Positions 1 through 8,023 of a DNA stretch of 64,000 nt are shown piece by piece. The number at the start of each line of letters is the position of its first letter. Within the stretch, counting starts at the first letter, position 1. Below the pieces are notes generated by a model that saw only the letters and a program-made list of their open reading frames with translations, made no database searches and was not told the DNA's origin. Made by a program: the position numbers and the translations under genes. The DNA comes from an uncultured Poribacteria bacterium. Lineage in GTDB: Bacteria; Poribacteria; WGA-4E; WGA-3G. Location: NCBI GenBank assembly GCA_958296135.2, contig CATQHZ020000001.1, forward strand, positions 4,384,001 through 4,448,000, in the 5' to 3' direction.

Positions 1-2
1 AA

Positions 3-383
3 ACCTACGCCGTCATTGTTATCGATGCACCTAGTGACATGACCTCCGTGATGTCGCCCGCGCACGATGACCACGCGCACATCTGGATTAACGGCGAAAA
101 ATGGTATAATAATTCCGCATGGACAGGTGCCGCGCAACAAGTCGACTTCAATGTCGAAGTTGAGCTGCAAAAAGGCGCGAACGTGCTGCTCTACCGGTGC
201 GGTGAAAGCGGTGGCTCCGCCTACTTCAACCTGCACTTTGACGATGCAACGCACGACGCTGTCACCATCTACCCAAAGGACGCAACCGATAAGCAGAGTT
301 TCTTTGATGAAATCACACCGCTTACCCCGGTTGAACCGAAAGGGAAGTTGACAACGACCTGGGCTGACATCAGACGCAAATAG
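3..383 (+). CDS. 3' part of a probably exported protein ending in the Poribacteria-type C-terminal motif (truncated by window edge)
   Basis: Frame open from window start (TYAVIVIDAPSDM...); ends VEPKGKLTTTWADIRRK, the same tail motif as the four LamG proteins here. Confidence 0.75.
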   Translation, partial: TYAVIVIDAPSDMTSVMSPAHDDHAHIWINGEKWYNNSAWTGAAQQVDFNVEVELQKGANVLLYRCGESGGSAYFNLHFDDATHDAVTIYPKDATDKQSFFDEITPLTPVEPKGKLTTTWADIRRK

Positions 384-410
384 CGCGTTCGTCCAGTACT
401 CCCTCTTCCA

Positions 411-458
411 AAGGCGGTTTGTAGCACAATCGCATGCGACAAGCCGCCTTCTTTTCTT
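411..458 (+). terminator. Rho-independent terminator-like hairpin
   Basis: aaggcgg...ccgcctt stem followed by cttttctt, just after the stop at 383. Confidence 0.55.
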
Positions 459-485
459 CCCGCCTCAAAAACGCTCTGCCTACCG

Positions 486-532
486 TAGGGCGAGGGCCCG
501 GCGAGCGCGAATCGCCGAGGGTTCCTCTCGCC
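486..532 (+). repeat. REP-like palindrome, family A (GTAGGGCGAGGG...CCCTCGCC)
   Basis: Related copies at ~3629-3757, 17590-17637, 43379-43453, 57064-57092, 59275-59322 and variants at 20081-20109, 29917-29945, 32109-32137, 38093-38119. Confidence 0.8.
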
Positions 533-684
533 ACACTACAAACTCACCCAAACTTTTTTCGCCTATTTCAACACCCACTTGGATTATCGCGGTTTCGCTC
601 CAGCCGTCCAACACGAGGAACAGGCCCTCGCAATACGGACTAAAGGAGGTTCTTGGGACAATCAAAAGGATTCGTCACAATTCC

Positions 685-713
685 TTGCAAATCGCATCGG
701 TATCCTGTATAAT
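685..713 (+). promoter_or_regulatory. sigma70-type promoter, probably leaderless mRNA
   Basis: TTGCAA-17 nt-TATAAT (TG-extended), 7 nt before ATG 721, no Shine-Dalgarno. Confidence 0.6.
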
Positions 714-720
714 AAATACC

Positions 721-1323
721 ATGTGGAAAAGTGCCCTCAAAATCTCATTCATCACAATATTCGCCCTCGCCCTCGGTGGATGGTTCGGAACCTGGTCCCG
801 CGATATGCAGTCCGGTAACGAGGCCTATCGACGCGGCGACTATGACGCAGCATTGGCTGCCTTTCAGCAGGCAGTGCTCCAAAAGCCCGATAACCCCATC
901 GCGCACCATAACCTCGGCACCGCGCTCTATCAGCAGGGAAAGTTTAAAGCGGCGGCGGCGGCGTTTCAGGTGTCGCTCCTCACGGGAGAACAGCGCGCTG
1001 AGACTTATTACAATCTAGGAAATGCACAATTCCGAGCCGGGGAACTCGGCAAAGCGATCGAATCTTATCGGCACGCGCTGCGGCTAACGCCGACGGATGC
1101 GGATGCAAAGCACAACCTCCAATTGGCACTCCAACTGATACAGAATCAGCAGAAAATGAGTGGACAGCAAAAGACAGGTAGGAGGGATACCCCGGTCCCG
1201 AAAGTTTCCCAATCCGAGGCGCGCCGATTATTGGAGCAGCTGCGCGAAAAGGAAAACAGCATCCGGCGCAAGTCATTGCAACGGCAATTCAAAAGCGGCT
1301 ATCGCCGGGAGAAGGATTGGTAA
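721..1323 (+). CDS. TPR protein, BatC-like
   Basis: N-terminal TM/signal, TPR motifs (HHNLGTALY, YYNLGNAQF, AKHNLQLA), Q-rich linker, C-terminal 'EKDW'; precedes batD-like gene. Confidence 0.8.
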   Translation: MWKSALKISFITIFALALGGWFGTWSRDMQSGNEAYRRGDYDAALAAFQQAVLQKPDNPIAHHNLGTALYQQGKFKAAAAAFQVSLLTGEQRAETYYNLGNAQFRAGELGKAIESYRHALRLTPTDADAKHNLQLALQLIQNQQKMSGQQKTGRRDTPVPKVSQSEARRLLEQLREKENSIRRKSLQRQFKSGYRREKDW

Positions 1324-1373
1324 TCGTTCTGTAAGGGCGGCTGTCTCTATCCGCCCGATACCTGACCAAAAAC

Positions 1374-3026
1374 ATGCAACGTTTCTCAACGCATCATCAA
1401 AAAATCATCTTCATCACTTTCGCGCTCTTCTCCCTCCTTGGCACCGGAAAAGCAGAAATTGATGTCTCCGCCATAGTCCAACCGCGAGACATCCAATTCA
1501 GCGAGAAAGCGACCTTGGAACTCATGATTTCGGGTAATACGCTCATCGAACATATCGATGCGCCGCGGTTCAATTTTCTGCCGGCGTTCCTAGCCGTGCC
1601 GACGCATTCTTCCACCACGCCGCGGCTGGAAGGCGATAAAATCGCTGTCTCCAAGGCCTGGTCCTACGAACTTATCCCACAGCAAGTGGGTGATTTCGCG
1701 CTCTCGGACATCCGCTTCTCTTACCAAGGCACGCCCTATTTTGCGAATCCCGGCTCCATTCGGGTGAGCGGCGAGGACACGTATCGGGATACCTCCACCG
1801 GCGGCATCCATCAAGTTGAGGCGCAGGTAACGCCATCGAACCCATATCTGAATCAGGCGGTGACGTATACGTTCCGGTATCTCTATACCACCGTGCTTCC
1901 CACGCTAGAATCGCCTACCGCCACGCTTCCCGATTTGTCAAACTTTTTAGTGGAAGCACTCCCATCGCCGCTGAACGAAACGAAGCACGTTCGCGGACAA
2001 ACGTTTCAGGTGCAGGCACAGGTGCGGCGGCTCTATCCCCAGAAAACGGGACGCATTGTCATTGAACCCGCGTCACTAATGCTACCGCTCAACAGCGGTC
2101 CAAAAACTTTGAAAACCGCGCCGCTCATTCTAACCGTCCGGCCACTGCCAGAACTCCCGGTAGGAGAGCCTTCCCGGTCTCGAAAATTTTCCGGTGCCAT
2201 CGGCGAATACCAAATCTCCGCACAAATCGACAAAACTCAAGTTAAAGTAGGAAGCGGCCTGACGTTGTCCGTGCGTCTCTCTGGACGCGGCAACATGCAA
2301 ACGGTCACCGCGCCTCAGATTCCAACGATACCGGGTGTCACCGTCACCGGTCCGACTCCTGGGGCAGGTTCTACTCCGGAGAGTTATGTCTACGCCTACG
2401 CGCTTGTGCCATCGCGAGAGGGGCCGCTACGCATCCCGGCGATTGGCTATACCTATTTCGCGCCGGAACTCGGCACCTACCAAACGACGCACACAGCACC
2501 GATCCCGTTCACCGTGCTCCCCAAACCGAGCGCGGTGGTTGATGTTGAACCCGATGGCGTGGCGTGGGGGCAGTGGTTAATCTTGATAGGGGTCCCCATG
2601 CTCGTTATCGGTTTAGCAGCGGGAGGCTACCTGTGGTATCGTCGCGCTGCAGGCGGGCGCGCGGACGCTGAAGAGCGCGACGCGCCTACCCCAGACCGGG
2701 AGGCACTCGCTGCCCTCAGCAAAATCTTAGAGAGTCGTGCAGATAACGCCACGGCGTTCGGGAACGCCATTGCCCAAGCACTCTATCAATATCTCAGTGA
2801 AACCTTAGGCATCTCGCTAGTCGGCGGATCTGCGAGCCCCGACGCAGTGCAAGCAGCTTGCGCGAACGCAGGACTCTCGGATGCCACTATTCAGGAAGTA
2901 GTCAATATCCTGTCGCAGTGCGATTACTATCGTTTTTCCCCTGCGCCGCTTCCCGTGGATGAACGACAAGCGTTAATCTCCCGCGCTGAGAAGGTAATTC
3001 GACAGATAGAAAATTTGAAAAAATAA
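1374..3026 (+). CDS. batD: BatD family protein
   Basis: Signal peptide, repeated beta-sandwich modules, FSGAIGEY and SGRGN motifs, single TM, C-terminal CDYYRFSP. Confidence 0.8.
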   Translation: MQRFSTHHQKIIFITFALFSLLGTGKAEIDVSAIVQPRDIQFSEKATLELMISGNTLIEHIDAPRFNFLPAFLAVPTHSSTTPRLEGDKIAVSKAWSYELIPQQVGDFALSDIRFSYQGTPYFANPGSIRVSGEDTYRDTSTGGIHQVEAQVTPSNPYLNQAVTYTFRYLYTTVLPTLESPTATLPDLSNFLVEALPSPLNETKHVRGQTFQVQAQVRRLYPQKTGRIVIEPASLMLPLNSGPKTLKTAPLILTVRPLPELPVGEPSRSRKFSGAIGEYQISAQIDKTQVKVGSGLTLSVRLSGRGNMQTVTAPQIPTIPGVTVTGPTPGAGSTPESYVYAYALVPSREGPLRIPAIGYTYFAPELGTYQTTHTAPIPFTVLPKPSAVVDVEPDGVAWGQWLILIGVPMLVIGLAAGGYLWYRRAAGGRADAEERDAPTPDREALAALSKILESRADNATAFGNAIAQALYQYLSETLGISLVGGSASPDAVQAACANAGLSDATIQEVVNILSQCDYYRFSPAPLPVDERQALISRAEKVIRQIENLKK

Positions 3027-3102
3027 GCATCTACCCTCGCCCTACAGAACTGAGCGAAGGTTGTGGAACTAACAATCAAACATAAGAAAGGAAACAAACA
3101 AA

Positions 3103-3609
3103 ATGGAAATCCTCTCACTCTTCGTCCTATGGTTACACGTCATCGCCGCGGTCGTCTGGATCGGCGGTAACCTCATCATTGCGATGGTAATCGTCCCTTA
3201 TTTTAGGAAGAGCCTTCCGCCTATCCAACGGGTTCAGATTTTGGCAGAGATAGGCAAACGGTTTGAGCCTGTCGTCTGGGGGTGTGTTGGCGTGCTATTC
3301 TTCACCGGTATCTTTAACATCTTTACGGCGGGTATTCTCACTGCGCCGCCGGAACTGATCGGCGCGTTTATGCGCACGCTGTTCATCAAACTGATGCTCT
3401 TCATCGTGCTAATTATCCTCACCGCGCTGCACGGCTTTGTCTTCGGCCCGAAGATGTCTGCCGCGATTGCGGGATTAGACATCAATCTTGAGGAACTTCC
3501 GCCGGAGGTTCAGCGGCTCCGTTCGCAAATGTCGGTAGTGTCCAGTTTGATGGGCGTTGTTTCGCTGCTGATTTTGTTGGCAGCAGTCGCGCTTCGGATG
3601 GGCATCTGA
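3103..3609 (+). CDS. CopD/DUF4149-like four-TM membrane protein
   Basis: WLHVIAAVVWIGG motif, four hydrophobic segments, LH in TM3. Confidence 0.7.
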   Translation: MEILSLFVLWLHVIAAVVWIGGNLIIAMVIVPYFRKSLPPIQRVQILAEIGKRFEPVVWGCVGVLFFTGIFNIFTAGILTAPPELIGAFMRTLFIKLMLFIVLIILTALHGFVFGPKMSAAIAGLDINLEELPPEVQRLRSQMSVVSSLMGVVSLLILLAAVALRMGI

Positions 3610-3777
3610 TTAAGTGTCCACTTAACCCGTAGGGCGAGGGCCGTCAAGGTCACGTCTACAGCAAACGTGCGTGTGTCGCCCCGCGAAAGCATGCTACCTT
3701 TAACGCTGTCATCTCTGCCGCCTCGCTGCAGAGATGTCCACTGTCCCTCGCCATGCTAAATCCTTACAGAGGACCTC

Positions 3778-4533
3778 ATGCGCATCCAAATCCTCGCCGA
3801 TGTAGGCGAAGGACTCACCATCCCGATTAACTACAACCATTGGCTCTCCGCGACTATCTACCACTTCCTCGCGCGCTCCGATGGAGCATACGCCCATTTT
3901 CTCCACAACGACGGCTACATCGTTGAGAAAAAACATTTCAAACTCTTCACCTTCTCGCAGCTTATGGCGCGCCAGCGATGCGTGCAGGGACAAACCATCC
4001 AGTTCCGATCAACTCTCGTCTGGTATGTCTCGTCGCCGATAGAACGGTTCTTAACCCATTTCGCCGACACGCTGCTGACCGAGGGGCGATTATTCGTCGG
4101 CCCGCATCGGCTCCAGATCCAAGATGTGAGAGTCCCGCGCGCACCTCACTTTACGTCGGAGATGCGCTTCCGCTGCCTATCACCGATTGTCATGTCCGCC
4201 TCCCGTAGAAGAGAGGGACAACCCTATTGCCACTACTGCACCCCCGACGATGCCGAGCTCCCCGAACTCATCCGAAAGAACCTCCACCGGAAGCACGAGG
4301 CAATCTACGGAAACCAACCGCCGCACGATGACCGGTTGTCCTTCCATTTCGATGCAGGCTATCTCCATCGGAAGCGCGGGCGCGTCACTCGTTTAGTGGA
4401 CTACAAAGGCATCAAGATCCGTGGGACGCTCTGTCCGTTTCGCGTCATCGGCAGTCCTGCGCTCATCCGCGTCGGTTACGAGTGTGGGTTTGGAGATAAA
4501 AACAGCGCGGGGTTTGGGATGGTGGAGATTTAA
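3778..4533 (+). CDS. cas6: CRISPR-associated endoribonuclease Cas6
   Basis: FKLFTFS motif, LSPI, C-terminal glycine loop GFGDKNSAGFGMV. Confidence 0.95.
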   Translation: MRIQILADVGEGLTIPINYNHWLSATIYHFLARSDGAYAHFLHNDGYIVEKKHFKLFTFSQLMARQRCVQGQTIQFRSTLVWYVSSPIERFLTHFADTLLTEGRLFVGPHRLQIQDVRVPRAPHFTSEMRFRCLSPIVMSASRRREGQPYCHYCTPDDAELPELIRKNLHRKHEAIYGNQPPHDDRLSFHFDAGYLHRKRGRVTRLVDYKGIKIRGTLCPFRVIGSPALIRVGYECGFGDKNSAGFGMVEI

Positions 4534-4545
4534 CGACCGGTTTTC

Positions 4546-4574
4546 TTGACATTTGTTAAGAAATCTGGTATTAT
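4546..4574 (+). promoter_or_regulatory. sigma70 promoter for cas8-7-5-3, overlapped by an inverted repeat
   Basis: TTGACA-17 nt-TATTAT with TG extension; RBS AAGGAGG at 4583-4589. Confidence 0.75.
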
Positions 4575-4597
4575 ATATAGTAAAGGAGGTGATTGAT

Positions 4598-6352
4598 GTG
4601 GCAGAAAAATTGGAATTGAATCTGGGAAAGTCACAGCCAACACAAACCAATCCTGAGTCGGCACCAATCCCACCCTTGGTGTTGGGCTTAACAGGCAATC
4701 CGTGGACAGACTTCGGCATCGTTAGTTTCTGTGAGGAACTGCGATTCGCGTCTTTCCTGGAAGACCTGAGGTTGACACCGCACGAGGCAATTATCACCGT
4801 TGATAATACCGATGATGAAACGGTTGGCGAGTGGCTAAACCAGATATTCCGGGAACGATGGAATCAACTCTATTGGTTGAGCCGCGGCGCAAAAATTCTT
4901 GAACACCGAACATTCATTTATGACGATGATGGTTTCGTTAATCAAGACCTGTCAAAAACGCAGACTACCGAAAGTGATCGCGCCCAGATTAAAGCGAAAT
5001 GGGCAAACAGTCCAGTTAAGGGGGAAATGTCCCTGACGCAGCAACGGTTTAACTTTATCGGGACCTCTCGCGATGCGAAGGGCCTCAGTGTCAAACAGCG
5101 AAATAACATCCAAGAGTTCATTCTAAATTGGAGGGAACCTGTCGGGAAGAAGGTTTGTGAAACTTCGGGCCGGCCATCTGCAGAACTAAAGAAATTGCTC
5201 CAGGTGGTTAACCCTTTTGCAAACAAGCATCATAACACGAAAGTCCGTGGTGCGCTTGCAAGTAGTGTTACCCCGGAAGTCGGTCCGCTCTACTATCTGA
5301 TTAACCTTTGCGCAACGCTTGATGAGGGTATTCCGTTTGTCTACGACCCGAGTAAGCAAGCAACCCGGCTAATCCTTCCGGAGATGCCAGACCTTGTGCT
5401 CTTAGCCAAAGTTTATGCTCGGTTGCGGGAAAACCTCAGAGACGACCTGAGGCAAAAGGAACTTTATCCTTATACCAACTTGCGCTTTAGACTGCAAATG
5501 TCTAACCGGTACGCGCTCGTGCTCGCGCTGTTTCATAACATCTTTTATGAGTTCACGCCTGACGAAGACCATGGGACTGAAGGCGGATGGGATTTTTGCC
5601 CCCTTGTAGAAGAATCTGGCGAAACAGCTAAACAACTGACGCGTTGGGTTGTTATCCCATTTACGAAAGATCAGGTTGTCAAATTTCAGAATTTCCATAC
5701 CGTTGTTGTCAACCATCGGTTATACGAATTCATTAAACCGATTGACTTCAAGCCTCAGGAAATTAAGTTGGTTACGGACATTCTAGCTCGGATGAAACCT
5801 AAACCGAGAGCACCGGACGGTGAAAACGCCCTCGGTCAATTGAGCGAAGCAATTGCGACAAGCAGCCCGTATCTCCTAAAGACTGCGCTGTTCAGTCTAT
5901 GGAAACATACGGATGCGGTTACTTTTGTGTTAAGCTGTGGGGCCCCACATCCGGTGCGGCTGCTTCAGCCTTTTATTACCCACTTCTTGGAGGTAAACCA
6001 AGTGCTAACCCCCGAATTGCGCGAAGATCTGCGCGCCTTGGGCACCACAATAGGGAATACTTTTCACGCGGATGTGACACTCATTAGTAAGGTGTTCAAC
6101 ATCTCAAGTGCGAGTGCATTCCGGGAAGCCCTGAATGTGGTGATGAACCGCTTATATAAAAAAAGCACAGACCCGAGAGTGAAAAAGCTTTTTCCTGTCA
6201 AGCAGGAGCGAGTCACTCGCATTTTGGATGGGTTGACAGACGAGCATTACAAGCAGATGGCTGAGACGCTTTCCACATACGTCAGCCTCGCCGCGTATAA
6301 CGCCAATGTTAGCCAATCCAAATCCGATAATGATGGAGGACAAAATGGCTGA
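4598..6352 (+). CDS. cas8: Type I-B large subunit Cas8 (Cst1/Cas8b1-like, divergent)
   Basis: Position between cas6 and cas7, ~585 aa, N-terminal TGNPWTDFG motif, helical C-terminus; GTG start after AAGGAGG. Confidence 0.75.
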   Translation: MAEKLELNLGKSQPTQTNPESAPIPPLVLGLTGNPWTDFGIVSFCEELRFASFLEDLRLTPHEAIITVDNTDDETVGEWLNQIFRERWNQLYWLSRGAKILEHRTFIYDDDGFVNQDLSKTQTTESDRAQIKAKWANSPVKGEMSLTQQRFNFIGTSRDAKGLSVKQRNNIQEFILNWREPVGKKVCETSGRPSAELKKLLQVVNPFANKHHNTKVRGALASSVTPEVGPLYYLINLCATLDEGIPFVYDPSKQATRLILPEMPDLVLLAKVYARLRENLRDDLRQKELYPYTNLRFRLQMSNRYALVLALFHNIFYEFTPDEDHGTEGGWDFCPLVEESGETAKQLTRWVVIPFTKDQVVKFQNFHTVVVNHRLYEFIKPIDFKPQEIKLVTDILARMKPKPRAPDGENALGQLSEAIATSSPYLLKTALFSLWKHTDAVTFVLSCGAPHPVRLLQPFITHFLEVNQVLTPELREDLRALGTTIGNTFHADVTLISKVFNISSASAFREALNVVMNRLYKKSTDPRVKKLFPVKQERVTRILDGLTDEHYKQMAETLSTYVSLAAYNANVSQSKSDNDGGQNG

Positions 6353-7295
6353 TACGACAACTGCCCTGAAAGGGGTTACAATAGTCTGGCTCAGCAAAAC
6401 CGACTTAAGCAACCTCAACGCTGGTGAAGGCGGCGGGGGCAACGTGACTGAACTGAAAACGTATGATAACGGCAGGAAACCTTACGCGTCCGGACAATCG
6501 GTTCGGCATGCGCTGCGTGAGGCAATTCATCGGAATAACCCCGGCGTATTCCTTTGTGTTCCTGAAACACCTTGCACGCAGGTAGCGGAATGCTGGCTCT
6601 GCGATCTGTTCGGTTTTCTCAATCCGAAATCTGGAGAAGGGTTTGACAGACGCTGGTCCCCGATTAAGGTTACGCCGGCACTCGGTCAAATTGCGAGCGA
6701 CATCGTCACAGACCTGCTCATTCGCATGAGCGACAAAGAGCGGGAGGATAAACAGACTTCAGACCAGCGGATCGCCTACGTCCAGATGATGGCGAACGTC
6801 TACCGCGTTGGGTTATCCCTTGATGTCGCGAACGTTGGCAAGGTTGTTGAGCCGCAATACGAAGGGAAGGGCAAAAACGCTGAGTTCAAAGGGTGGGAAA
6901 CTACCGTAGAAATCGGCCCGGAAGCGAAGGTTGAACGGGCAGTCGCCGTTTTAGATGCAATCGGCGGCATCGCTGACTTCGCGAAACAAGCACGCAACGC
7001 CGCTTCGCTCGCTCCCGACATTTTCCTTGCGTCAACGCACACCCGATACTCCCATCGCACCCTTAGGGCCCTGGAACTTGACAAAAAAGGCGAAGTGAAA
7101 ACCGACGTTCTTCAAGTCATCTTGCAAGATCTACGGGACGATGACGCGGAGATTTTCTGTGGTTTCACCCCAGGAGTTGTGCCAAACGACGACGCATTGA
7201 CGCAACTCCTAGAGGAATTTGGTGTTGAGATGGTCAATCCGATCCGCGCTTTGAAAAATCTCATCGCATCCGTGCGAGAGGCGCGGGTAGAGTAA
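6345..7295 (+). CDS. cas7: Cas7, Cst2/DevR family
   Basis: NLNAGEG, PYASGQSVRHALRE, CWLCDLFGFL, RWSPIKV motifs. Confidence 0.92.
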   Translation: MADTTTALKGVTIVWLSKTDLSNLNAGEGGGGNVTELKTYDNGRKPYASGQSVRHALREAIHRNNPGVFLCVPETPCTQVAECWLCDLFGFLNPKSGEGFDRRWSPIKVTPALGQIASDIVTDLLIRMSDKEREDKQTSDQRIAYVQMMANVYRVGLSLDVANVGKVVEPQYEGKGKNAEFKGWETTVEIGPEAKVERAVAVLDAIGGIADFAKQARNAASLAPDIFLASTHTRYSHRTLRALELDKKGEVKTDVLQVILQDLRDDDAEIFCGFTPGVVPNDDALTQLLEEFGVEMVNPIRALKNLIASVREARVE

Positions 7296-7348
7296 CCCTA
7301 CCGGCGGCGGGGATCTGCGAGGATGCCCCGCCTTAAGGGGATTATGTC

Positions 7349-8023
7349 ATGGAAAAGATACTCACCTTTGGTGTCATCTGCCCTTTTTGGGCATCATTTC
7401 GCCACCCAAGTACAGTGAACGTTCATGTCACCTATCCTTTTCCGCCGCCTCCAACGCTTTACGGCATGCTGAATGCGGCAAGAGGCAAACCGCAAGACTG
7501 GAACAAGGACCGGGAGGACTGGCAACTTTCGCTCGTCGTGGAGTCCAACGGGGAATTTCTTGAAACCTTTAGCAAGATTTTGAAACCTGCCCGAGAGGAT
7601 TATCCGGTATTTGATCCGATGCGGACGATACTCATGCGCCAAAAGTTGGTAAAGGTTCACTACTCTATCTACCTCAAGGCCAAGGAACCGTTGCTCGTTG
7701 AGGCGCAGCATGCACTCCGCACGCCCCACTGGCCGCTCTACCTCGGCGAATCGGATGATGTGGTAGATATTATCAACCCGCGTCTTGTCCAAAGCCAACC
7801 GATGAACGTCCAGCAGGCGCACTCAATTATACCAGGGTTTGTAGAGGGGTGCCAATTGGTAAACGTGCCCTTCCGCTACACTGAGGCTACGAGAAAGCAG
7901 TGGCAGGTTGAACGGCAAATCTACTCTCTCCCGCCGGAGGGGAAAGCGGCCGCTTTAACCGAGCCTCGCTTAGCATATCCAATTGAAGGAAGGAACATCA
8001 TTTTTAATGGAAATTCTGGGTAA
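7349..8023 (+). CDS. cas5: Cas5
   Basis: WASFRHP...TYPFPPPPTLYGML N-terminus, PLYLGESDD. Confidence 0.93.
   Translation: MEKILTFGVICPFWASFRHPSTVNVHVTYPFPPPPTLYGMLNAARGKPQDWNKDREDWQLSLVVESNGEFLETFSKILKPAREDYPVFDPMRTILMRQKLVKVHYSIYLKAKEPLLVEAQHALRTPHWPLYLGESDDVVDIINPRLVQSQPMNVQQAHSIIPGFVEGCQLVNVPFRYTEATRKQWQVERQIYSLPPEGKAAALTEPRLAYPIEGRNIIFNGNSG

Noticed and set aside
4204-4233. cas6 segment cgtagaagagagggacaaccctattgccac resembling family A
   Set aside because: Weak palindrome, and it falls in a normal Cas6 beta-hairpin; cannot be distinguished from chance
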